From Macrostomum lignano (taxonomy: Eukaryota), in NCBI GenBank assembly GCA_002269645.1, contig NIVC01000900.1, forward strand, positions 1 through 64,000: a DNA stretch of 64,000 bases, written 5' to 3'. The notes below the pieces were generated by a model. The model had not been told where the DNA came from. It saw only the letters and a program-made list of their open reading frames with translations, and made no database searches. The translations under genes and the position numbers were made by a program. Each line of letters starts with the position of its first letter. The first letter of the stretch is position 1. Positions 12,001 through 23,273 of the stretch are shown here, one piece after another.

Positions 12001-12070
12001 ATATACATTATTGGCCTAAGCAGTATTTTACTTGTTACAATGTTAATTATATATTGTCAATCAAATAAGC
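9040..12070 (-). pseudogene. CpG-free block containing a heavily decayed, possibly intron-containing ORF
   Basis: Only two CG dinucleotides counted by eye (9364, 11450). Minus strand about 11560-10380 gives a hydrophobic start LLFAIGLAYAVP, a Cys pair, GY-like repeats and a K/R/E-rich tract with many stops; GTAAG...TTTTTTAG 63-nt intron-like segment 11043-10981. Confidence 0.45.
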
Positions 12071-12484
12071 TACAACGAACAACTTTACAAAGGTGTTATC
12101 TAGTACAAAACTGAGTTCACAAATGAAAATAATAGTAATTTTTATTTTTTATTCATCAGGCTAAACGCTCCATAAAATTACTTTGTTTAAACACTATAAT
12201 AACATCTACTATTTTCAATCAATTCAAACAAGGTAAGCAAAATTTATCATCAATAAAATTTCAAAATGTTATTTTAAAGATTTCGAATACCATTGGATCT
12301 CTATTGCATAAGAAGCTTAGATTTTTAAAGTGCATACTTTTATATACTTTCTGAGTAACTTTAATATAGAATCTTTGTTCATTTTTTTGCATGTTTATAT
12401 CAGATTTCTTAAAAGCATTATTAATAGTCACCAGATTGTAGCAATATAAAAGATAATTAATATAAAAAACTCTAAAGACTGCAG

Positions 12485-15400
12485 ATGGTTGGCAGCTGCA
12501 CTAACTTCGACTCTGTAGAAGACGAGAAGAGTTCACATCGTCAGGATTTAAGCACGCTATCAGACTCTGCTGCCAATGAAGAGCTGTCTTCTAAAGCTAC
12601 CGATAATGATGCTACTGCAACGGAAAATATGGATGCTGAAGCCGGCTCTAATGCCAATACAGTCTCCGGTTTTGATTCTCCAACAGCCGAAGGATCCAGT
12701 GATGGAGATACATCGATAGAATCTTCCTTAATCTCTGTCCCAGCCTCCGTGTTGCCTTCTCCATCCTCTTCATCATCTTCGACAGCATCATCAACTGCTT
12801 CTACATCGAAACAGTCGTTAGTGACATTTCCGAATAGTTTAGATTGTAGCTCTGTAGGGCCAGAGTCTCATGAAGACCAGGCTCTGTTCGATGTGATTAT
12901 CATTGGTGCCGGAGTGTCCGGTTTAGCGGCTGCTCAGATGCTGCACAAAGCCGGTCTGAGATGCGTTGTACTCGAGGCTCGAGATCGGATTGGTGGCAGG
13001 ATTCACACTATCGAACTGCCAGCTAGCGCAGAGCACGGTCTGCCATCCGTTTCAGTTGATTTGGGTGCCAACTATTTGCATGGCTGCTCAAATTCTCAGC
13101 TGGAACAGCCGCTGTTTCATTTGGCTAGGTGGGTGATGTGCGGGTCTTGTAGTTGATTACTTCATTGGTTAGCTCTGTAAATAAATATTCGCTGGGTTGG
13201 TTTGTGGGTTTTCGGTTACGTCTTCCTATCACCCGGCGCTGAAACAATTCCGTCCATTTCTTAGACTCCTGTCGTGTGATTCAAAACCCATGAGAGCCAA
13301 CCCACAAGGCACAAAGAGGGTAATTTGCCTGACAGGAGTGGAAATTCAAAGGCCGCTCTGTACACCCCATATGAGCAGCGGGGCACATGGGGGACATGCT
13401 CCCAGTAAAAGGTATGGGGGGCATGCCTTTGCTTTGGCTCCATAGCCCCACCTCGACCTCACCTTGTGACCCGTTGTGGAAGTTGAAATTTTGCTTCAGG
13501 GCGCCAAAATATAGCGCTGTCAGCGCTAAAGTATGTTTTTAGCGCTAAAATGAGTGCCTGCGGCGCCAAAATAAATGCCTGCGGGGCTAAAATGAGTGCC
13601 TGCGGCGCCAAAATAAATGCCTGTGGCGCCAAAATGAGTGCCTGCAGCGCTAAAATGAGTGCCTGCGGTGCCAAAATGAGTGCCAGCAGCGCTAAAATGA
13701 GTGCCTGCAGCGCCAAAATGAGTGCCTGCGGCGCCAAAATGAGTGCCTGCGGCGCCAAAATGAGTGCCTGCAGCGCCAAAATGAGTGCCTGCAGCGCTAA
13801 AATGAGTGCCTGCAGCGCCAAAATGAGTGCCTGCGGCGCCAAAATGAGTGCCTGCGGCGCCAAAATGAGTGCCTGCAGCGCTAAAATGAGTGCCTGCAGC
13901 GCTAAAATGAGTGCCTGCGGCGCCAAAATGAGTGCCTGCGGCGCCAAAATGAGTGCCTGCAGCGCCAAAATGAGTGCCTGCAGCGCCAAAATGAGTGCCT
14001 GCAGCGCTAAAATGAGTGCCTGCAGCGCCAAAATGAGTGCCTGCGGCGCCAAAATGAGTGCCCGCGGTGCCAAAATGAGTGCCTGCAGCGCCAAAATGAG
14101 TGCCTGCAGCGCTAAAATGAGTGCCTGCAGCGCCAAAATGAGTGCCTGCGGCGCCAAAATGAGTGCCCGCGGCGCCAAAATGAGTGCCTGCGGCGCCAAA
14201 ATGAGTGCCTGCGGCGCCAAAATGACTTACTGCGGCGCCAAAATGAGTGCCTGCGGCGCCAAAATGAGTTACTGCGGCGCCAAAATGAGTGCTAACAACA
14301 CTTATGTTCGTATTTCCAAAATAGTTGTAGGAATATAGTCGTGTGTGGAATACTTGGCTTTGTCCTCAATATTTCATCAATTTTACATTTTAACAATCAA
14401 TCCACAGGCATTTAAAAGTGCAAACCTGCGTAGCCCCAGCCGATCTGGGCGACAAATATCGCGGCTGGGAGTCAGCCGAAGTGGCCGTCTGGCGAGATTT
14501 GGACAGTGGCAATGAGATTCCATTGGAAACTGTGGCTGATGTCTGCTTTCTGTTTGATCAGTGCCTGATGCACTGCTTGGCCTCGGTTAGGAGGCTGAGA
14601 AATCCCGCTTGGGTGCCGCTACAGTCCGTGTTTCGCGCTTCGACTCGGTGAGTTCTGAACGTTTTTTTAGGATGTAGTGTTCTATTCAGTCATGATCTTC
14701 AGATCTTAATGCTGGCACCCATTTTACAGCTGGGTGAACTGAAGCAATGCATAGTTAGGTGTCTTACTCAAGGACACAAATTGTTCCGAGTGGGTCAGGA
14801 ATCGAACCCCCGACCTTTCAGTTGTGAGTCCGCCGCTCTCACCACTAGGCTACAACCCCTTACCTATCTATCTACCTACCTACCTATCTGCCTACCTGCG
14901 TATCTCCCTACCTATCCACTTACCTATCTACCTACCGATCTACCTATCTACCTGCCTGTCTACCTACCTGCGTATCTACCTATCGATCTACCTACGTGTC
15001 CATCTACCTACCTCTCTGTCTACCTACCTACCTACCTATCTACCTACCTACCTACCTATCTACCTACCTACCTACCTATCGACCTACCTACGTAACTACG
15101 TAACTACTACCTCCTTACATATCTGCTTACCTACCTACCTACCTAACTACCTAATAGGTGCCCATATTGCCGCCAATGGTGTGCAATCTACGAGGGGTTA
15201 AAGAGATGAATATATACTACACATTATATGATAGCTTTACCTTTCTCCATAAGGTAGACAAATAGAAATTGTTTTATCAAGTGCTCCCAATTGCATTTGA
15301 ATTTAAGATCATTTTTAATTTAAGAAATTTAATAACATTTCATATCTATAACTTTGTAAGTTACCTGATTTCAGCGCCATACTAAAGATGCACTGTCAAA

Positions 15401-18400
15401 ACGGCCGCCGACCAAACCAGTTATTGACGCCACTTGAGCAAGGAATCTTCAGCTCACTGTGCGCTCGCCTAATTGCCTACGTGAATCCGTTTCATCGACT
15501 GCCGGCTAGCGAAGTCAGTCTGATTGGCTACGATGCTTATCTAGCGCTGGCCTATCACACTGATCCGGATTATCCGCCTACGGGCGAGAGGGAACGCTTT
15601 GTGCAATATCTGCGAGATAAGCTGCGGTCGGCGAGTAAGCCTGACATTTGCGTGGCTGTTAAGCCCAAGCAGCGACACGAGGATAGGCTTGTTGTGAGTG
15701 CCGCGTATAAAGATTTGGTCTCTGGGGAGTTTAAGGGATTTCCCTGTTCACTTATAAAATGGAGGATTTCCCTGTTCCCTTAGAAATTGGAGGATTTCCC
15801 TGTTCCCTTAGAAATTGGAGGATTTCCCTGTTCACTTAGAAATTGGAGGATTTCCCTGTTCACTTAGAAATTGGAGGATTTCCCTGTTCACTTAGAAATT
15901 GGAGGATTTCCCTGTTCACTTAGAAATTGGAGGATTTCCCTGTTCCCTTAGAAATTGGAGGATTTCCCTGTTCACTTAGAAATTGGAGGATTTCCCTGTT
16001 CCTTAGAAATTGGAGGATTTCCCTGTTCCTTAGAAATTGGAGGATTTCCCGTTCACTTAAAAATTGGAGGATTTCCCTGTTCCTTAGAAATTGGAGGATT
16101 TCCCTGTTCACTTAGAAATTGGAGGATTTCCCCGTTCACTTAGAAATTGGAGAATTTCCCCGTTCACTTAAAAATTGGAGGATTTCCCTGTTCACTTAGA
16201 AATTGGAGGATTTCCCTGTTCACTTAGAAATTGGAGGATTTCCCTGTTCACTTAGAAATTGGAGGATTTCCCCGTTCACTTAGAAATTGGAGGATTTCCC
16301 TGTTCCCTTAGAAATTGGAGGATTTCCCTGTTCACTTAGAAATTGGAGGATTTCCCCGTTCACTTAAAAATTGGAGGATTTCCCTGTTCCCTTAGAAATT
16401 GGAGGATTTCCCTGTTCCTTAGAAATTGGAGGATTTCCCTGTTCCCTTAGAAATTGGAGGATTTCCCTGTTCACTTAGAAATTGGAGGATTTCCCTGTTC
16501 CCTTAGAAATTGGAGGATTTCCCCGTTCACTTAAAAATTGGAGGATTTCCCTGTTCACTTAGAAATTGGAGGATTTCCCTGTTCACTTAGAAATTGGAGG
16601 ATTTCCCTGTTCACTTAGAAATTGGAGGATTTCCCGTTCACTTAGAAATTGGAGGATTTCCCTGTTCCCTTAGAAATTGGAGGATTTCCCTGTTCACTTA
16701 GAAATTGGAGGATTTCCCCGTTCACTTAGAAATTGGAGGATTTCCCTGTTCCCTTAGAAATTGGAGGATTTCCCTGTTCCCTTAGAAATTGGAGGATTTC
16801 CCTGTTCCTTAGAAATTGGAGGATTTCCCTGTTCACTTAGAAATTGGAGGATTTCCCTGTTCCCTTAGAAATTGGAGGATTTCCCCGTTCACTTAAAAAT
16901 TGGAGGATTTCCCTGTTCACTTAGAAATTGGAGGATTTCCCTGTTCACTTAGAAATTGGAGGATTTCCCTGTTCACTTAGAAATTGGAGGATTTCCCTGT
17001 TCACTTAGAAATTGGAGGATTTCCCTGTTCACTTAGAAATTGGAGGATTTCCCCGTTCACTTAGTAATTAGAGGATTTCCCTGTTCCCTTAGAAATTGGA
17101 GGATTTCCCCGTTCGCTGAGAAATCAGGGGATTTCCCTGTTCGCTGAGGAATCAGGGGATTTCCCTGTTCGCTGAGGAATCAGGGGATTTCCCTGTTCGC
17201 TGAGGAATCAGGGGATTTCCCTGTTCGATGAGGAATCAGGGGATTTCTATGTTCCCTAAAGAATTCGGGGCTTTCCCTCTTTCTTAAAGAATTCGGGGCT
17301 TTCCCTTTTTTCCTGAAGAATTCGGGGCTTTCCCTCCTTCCTAAAGAATTCGGGGCTTTCCCTCTTTCCTAAAGAATTCGGGGCTTTCCCTTTTTTCCTA
17401 AAGAATTCGGGGCTTTCCCTCTTTCCTAAAGAATTCGGGGCTTTCCCTCTTTCCTAAAGAATTCGGGGCTTTCCCTCTTTCCTAAAGAATTCGGGGCTTT
17501 CCCTCTTTCCTAAAGAATTCGGGGCTTTCCCTCCTTCCTAAAGAATTCGGGGCTTTCCCTCTTTCCTAAAGAATTCGGGGCTTTCCCTCCTTCCTAAAGA
17601 ATTCGGGACTTCCCTCCTTCCTAAAGAATTCGGGACTTCCCTCCTTCCTAAAGAATTCGGGGCTTTCCCTCCTTCCTAAAGAATCTCTGAAGGACTCACT
17701 TGTCCGGGAAGCATCAGAATGGATTTCAACAGAGTATTTTGGCTCACATCAATACGTACAACTCTCCAAATCTGTAAAACCTCAGGTAAGCGGTTTCTCG
17801 GCCATCACAGACTTCCTATCCAAAGGTTTGGACATTCGTCTGTCCTGTCCTGTCCGAGCAATTGACTGGACAGCCGGACGTCCGGTTTCTGTCCGAAGCC
17901 AAGACGGTCAAGTCTTCAAAGCTCGGCATTGCTGCGTTGTCTCCCTACCTGCCGGCGTGTTGAAAGGGCTGCACGATGATAGCAGCGTCACCTTTACGCC
18001 GCCTTTACCCAGGGCAAAGCGACAGGTGAGGGCTTTCTATGACACTCAGACATTAAGACAGGCACTGAGACAGGCACTGAGACAGGCACTGAGACAGGCA
18101 CTGAGACAGGCACTGAGACAGGCACTGAGACAGGCACTGAGACAGGCACTGAGACAGGCACTGAGACAGGCACTGAGACAGGCACTGAGACAGGCACTGA
18201 GACAGACACTGAGACAGGCACTGAGACAGGCACTGAGACAGGAACTAGGACAGACACTGAGACAGACACCAAAACCCAAGACAGACACCAAGACAGACAC
18301 TGAGACAGACACCAAGACAGACACCAAGGCAGACACTGAGACAGACACTGAGGCAGACACTGAGACAGACACTAAGACAGACACTGAGACAGACACCAAG

Positions 18401-19425
18401 ACAGACACCAAGACAGACACCAAGACAGACACCAAGACAGACACCAAGACAGACACCAAGACAGACACTGAGACAGACACCAAAACCCAAGACAGACACA
18501 AAGGCAGACACCAAGACAGACACTTAAGACAGGCACTAAGCAGGCTGCACACACAATTATCCATCAATTGAATCCGCACGCAGGCGCTGGGACGCCTCGG
18601 CATACCCAAAATCGGCGCCGAAACTCACGACAAAGTTGTGCTCCGGTTCGCCCGGCCGTTCTGGGATTTGGAGGCTCCGCATCTCGAATGCCCGGATCCT
18701 CGGGTTCACCTGCTCAATCTGCATCTGTACGGCAAGACTGGCGTCCTTATGGCTCACCTGTTCGGCGGCTCCAGCATGCGGACTGCCGGCCTCACCGATG
18801 ACCAGATTGTTGGCGTCATTGTTGGTGCACTGCACCGCATGTATCCGATTGCTGCTGCCGGACAGCAACCTGTGAGTGTCCGACTGTCCGAGTGTCTGAG
18901 GTGACTGTCCAAGTGTCTGAGGTGACTGTCCGAGTGTCTGATGAGACTGTCCGAGTGTCTGATATGACTGTCCGAGTGTCTGAGGTGACTGTCCGAGTGT
19001 CTGAGGTGAATGTCCGAGTGTGAGGTGACTTTCCGAGTGTCTAATGTGACTCCAAGTGTCTTATGTGACTGTCCGAGTGTCTGATATGACTGTCCGAGTG
19101 TCTGATATGACTGTCCGAGTGTCTGATATGACTGTCCGAGTGTCTTATGTGACTCCGAGTGTCTGATGTGACTGTCCGAGTGTCTGATATGACTGTCCAA
19201 GTGTCTGATATGACTGTCCGAGTGTCTTATGTGACTCCGAGTGTCTGATGTGACTGTCCGAGTGTCTGATATGACTGTCCAAGTGTCTGATATGACTGTC
19301 CGAGTGTCTGATATGACTGTCCGAGTGTCTGATATGACTGTCCGAGTGTCTTATGTGACTCCGAGTGTCTGATGTGACTGTCCAAGTGTCTCCTGTGACT
19401 GTCCGAGTTTCTAATCTGTCTGTTC

Positions 19426-19499
<74 letters not shown>

Positions 19500-20007
19500 G
19501 TCTGTGTAGTCTTCTCTGAATTCCAAACAGTAATTGTCTGTCTGACCTGTCTTCCTGTTTTCTGTCTGAATATCTGCCTGCGCTCATCTGCATGTCACCA
19601 AAAAACCACATCCTCAGATCTTCAGTTTGGTCACGCGCTGGTCCGAGGACCCGTGGACGCTGGGCTCGTACACCTCCGGCGAGCTCGGCTGCAGCGAAGC
19701 TGACCGTTCAGTGTACTCCAGCCCCCTGCCGGCTCCGTCTGCTAATCCTGGCTCGTCGCCAGCTTCTCCCAGAGTCCATTTTGCTGGTGAAGCCACAGTC
19801 TCCCTATCGGAAGCGTACCAGTGCACCCACGGCGCATTCTGGTCTGGCGTGCACCGCGCCAGCGACATCCTGCGCGCCTGCCAGCTGGACAGATTCATCC
19901 CGCCCGAGCGTCGGATTGTCGACTATTTGATTGGCCGACTGCCGCCGCAGGAACCGTCGCATCCAATGAAACGACGTCGGTTGTGTGCTAATAGTAAATT
20001 CGTCTGA
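12485..20007 (+). CDS. Flavin-containing amine oxidase (MAO/polyamine oxidase/LSD1 superfamily), 706 aa if 12485 is the start; exons 12485-13128, 14408-14647, 15375-15693, 17786-18025, 18584-18871, 19618-20007
   Basis: FAD motif [15 protein letters not shown]...[78 protein letters not shown]. All five introns are GT-AG with matching phases; total 2121 nt in frame. Confidence 0.9.
13495..14292. repeat. 21-bp minisatellite AAAATGAGTGCCTGCGGCGCC, amine oxidase intron 1
   Basis: Direct reading; gives the MSACGAK and QALILAP repeat ORFs. Confidence 0.95.
14710..14859 (-). mobile_element. SINE family A, 5' half, amine oxidase intron 2
   Basis: Minus strand GGGGTTGTAGCCTAGTGGTGAGAGCGGCGGACTCACAACTGAAAGGTCGGGGGTTCGATTCC followed by the TGTGTCCTTGAGTAAGACAC core. 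Confidence 0.8.
14860..15150. repeat. Degenerate (ACCT)n microsatellite
   Basis: Direct reading. Confidence 0.9.
15735..17685. repeat. 28-bp minisatellite array with three successive unit variants, amine oxidase intron 3
   Basis: TTAGAAATTGGAGGATTTCCCTGTTCAC to about 17110, GCTGAGGAATCAGGGGATTTCCCTGTTC to about 17250, CCTAAAGAATTCGGGGCTTTCCCTCTTT to about 17685. Confidence 0.95.
18045..18545. repeat. 12-bp minisatellite AGACAGGCACTG grading to AGACAGACACCA, amine oxidase intron 4
   Basis: Direct reading. Confidence 0.9.
18872..19505. repeat. 21-bp minisatellite TGACTGTCCGAGTGTCTGATA followed by (TGTC)n, amine oxidase intron 5
   Basis: Direct reading; the array begins at the splice donor. 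Confidence 0.9.
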
Positions 20008-20524
20008 TACTACTTGCTAGAAGTTTTGTTCGAGTAGTGTGTCTTGGTTACATGAAGTTTGACGCTAATATATTTAGCCACTAATCAGCGAAGAAAAATG
20101 TTTTCTCAAGTGGTTTTTTAGCTTTATATCTACTGAATACTACTAGAAAAGACTAGCGAGTAGTAGATGGCCACAGGTATATGATTAGTAAGTTAAGTAC
20201 TTTCTTGACCAATTTTTTGGCGTGTTCTTAACGTTAGTGCTTTTTAACGGTGTTATTTCTCTTTATCCTAGTATATATTATCATCATTATATGTGTATTA
20301 AATAAGCACCTCTCCATGTGCCAGTAGGAATATACTGGTTAATAAACTTTGTACCTGTATAATTAAAGTCATTATTTATCGCGATTACAATAGCTTTTTG
20401 AGCAAGTCTTTATCTTTATCCTGCTGGATTTTGCTAAACGATGAACAAATAAAATGCGCTAATAAAACCCGGCGGTCAGTATAGTTTTATTGCTTAATTA
20501 TAGGCTACAATTCAACCCTTTTTC

Positions 20525-20935
20525 CTGCCCCTCTCTCTCTCCCCTAGCAATTCCTTACCCCCTCTGCCCAGGGCAATGTACACTGGCTCTCTCCCCCCAG
20601 CAGTCCCTTACCCCCTCTGCCCAGGTCAATGTACACTGGCTCTCTCCCCCAGCAGTCCCTTACCCCCTCTGCCCAGGGAAATTTACACTCGCTCTCTCCC
20701 CTAGCAGTCCCTTCCCTCTGCCCAGGGCAATGTACATTGGCTCTCTCCCCCAGCAGTCCCTTCCCCCCTCTGCCCAGGGCAAATGTACACTGGCTCTCTC
20801 CCCCAGCAGTCCCTTCCCCCCTCTGCCCAGGGCAAATGTACACTGGCTCTCTCCCCCAGCAGTCCCTTACCCCCTCTGTCCAGGGCAATGTACACTCCCC
20901 CAGCAATCCCTTCCCCCCTCTGCCCAGGGCAATGT
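20525..20935. repeat. About 53-bp minisatellite (CCTCTGCCCAGGGCAATGTACACTGGCTCTCTCCCCCAGCAGTCCCTT..)
   Basis: About 8 imperfect copies. Confidence 0.9.
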
Positions 20936-21834
20936 AAACTCTCTACCCTACAATCTTTTATCAAACTTGGTTTCTGAAACTACAAGTTACTAATTTCGTT
21001 ATGGAGTTAGCATTGTTTAGTAGTATATTAAAAACTTTAATGTTGTGCATATTGTATTCAAGCGTATATTCAAAGTTACTTTTCTTTTATTATTTATTAT
21101 AGAACCTTGCTTTGTTTATCGATAGCTTTTTTTCAATTGTTGATTTTTCTGTTTTTGCTTTCTTGAGTTTTCTTTGCACAAAAGATTCTAATTTGTTTTT
21201 TCGTCTTTAAACATTTTTTAACTAATAACTATAGTTTTAGTGCAATATGTTAATTTTGATTCTATTGATTCAAATATATTCATTGATTCTGCACTTGCTA
21301 CTTAAAGTAATACTATAAAAATATGACGCACAATTTTTGACTATCCGACATTTAACTAGATGACACCCATGACTCATTATTGAACTCTCATTACTATTAA
21401 TAATTTCGTTTCTCTGTGTAATTATCAAACCGAAATTAATAAGGTGCTTTCAAACTTGAACCCAGCCACCCATGCAGCTAGCAGCAAGCAGAATTCCACT
21501 AAATTGTCCGATTCATACCGTATCCCATCAAGCTTTACTTACTTTATACAGTAGTAGATTAAAGTGTTGTTGTATCTCCTAACTGTAATATATTTCTAAT
21601 TACTGTTTGATAAATTAACCAAATATCACTCAGTGACGATATTGTGTACAGTGTGACTAAATTTCATTAACGTGTCAATTCGCAGCTGTTTTTGTTAACT
21701 ATTACTATAAGTAATATAAAAACAAATTGTCAAGAATTTCAAGCTTTGTTCTTCAATTCTCAGTTGTTTGTAAAGTCTACGTTTTTCCCGTTTTTTGTGC
21801 ATCATTTGTTTGTTTTTCTTCAATGTATAATTGG

Positions 21835-23150
21835 ATACCCCTCTCTTTCCCTGCCCTCTGTATCGTCTCCCTGCCCTCTGTACCCTCTCCCTGCCCTCTG
21901 TACCCTCTCCCTGCCCTCTGTACCCTCTCCCTGCCCGGTGTACCCTCTCCCTACCCTCTGTACCCTCTCCCTGCCCTCTGTACCCTCTCCCTGCCCGGTG
22001 TACCCCCTAACTACCCTCTGTACCCTCTCCCTGCCCGCTGTACCCCCTAACTACCCTCTGTACCCTCTCCCTGCCCTCTGTACCCTCTCCCAACCCTCTG
22101 TACCCTCTCCCTGCCCGCTGTACCCCCTAACTACCCTCTGTACCCTCTCCCTGCCCGCTGTACCCCCTAACTACCCTCTGTACCCTCTCCCTGCCCTCTG
22201 TACCCTGTAACTACCCTCTGTACCCTCTCCCTGCCCTCTGTACCCTCTCCCTGCCCTCTGTACCCTCTAACTACCCTCTGTACCCTCTCCCTGCCCTCTG
22301 TACCCTCTAACTACCCTCTGTACCCTCTCCCTGCCCTCTGTACCCTCTCCCAACCCTCTGTACCCTCTCCCTGCCCTCTGTACCCTCTCCCTGCCCTCTG
22401 TACCCTCTAACTACCCTCTGTACCCTCTCCCTGCCCTCTGTACCCTCTCCCTGCCCTCTGTACCCTCTAAATACCCTCTGTACCCTCTCCCTGCCCTCTG
22501 TACCCTCTCCCAACCCCCTGTACCCTCTCCCTGCCCTTTGTACCCTCTCCCTGCCCTCTGTACCCTCTAACTACCCTCTGTACCCTCTCCCTGCCCTCTG
22601 TACCCTCTCCCAACCCTCTGTACCCTCTCCCTGCCCTCTGTACCCTCTAACTACCCTCTGTACCCTCTCCCTGCCCTCTGTACCCTCTCCCTGCCCTCTG
22701 TACCCTCTAAATACCCTCTGTACCCTCTCCCTGCCCTCTGTACCCTCTCCCAACCCCCTGTACCCTCTCCCAACCCCCTGTACCCTCTCCCTGCCCTTTG
22801 TACCCTCTCCCTGCCCTCTGTACCCTCTAACTACCCTCTGTACCCTCTCCCTGCCCTCTGTACCCTCTCCCAACCCTCTGTACCCTCTCCCTGCCTTCTG
22901 TACCCTCTCCCTGCCCTCTGTACCCTCTAACTACCCTCTGTACCCTCTCCCTGCCCTCTGTACCCTCTCCCTGTCCTCTGTACCCTCTAAATACCCTCTG
23001 TACCCTCTCCCTGCCCTCTGTACCCTCTCCCAACCCCCTGTACCCTCTCCCTGCCCTTTGTACCCTCTCCCTGCCCTCTGTACCCTCTCCCAACCCTCTG
23101 TACCCTCTCCCTGCCCGCTGTACCCTCTCCCTGCCCTTTGTACCCTCTCC
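21835..23150. repeat. 20-bp minisatellite TGTACCCTCTCCCTGCCCTC
   Basis: About 65 copies between the amine oxidase and phosphatase 1. Confidence 0.95.
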
Positions 23151-23273
23151 TCATACCAATCATCATAAAAATGATTCACTTTGATATTGACAAATAATTG
23201 TTTAATAAATTGTGTATTTCAATAATTCCATGCAATCGCTTACTGTGTTGCATGCCATCTCCAACAGACAGGC

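Noticed and set aside
2102-20007. Racemase plus flavin oxidase as a D-amino acid metabolic cluster
   Set aside because: The oxidase has MAO/PAO-family motifs, not those of D-amino acid or D-aspartate oxidases; adjacency alone is not evidence.
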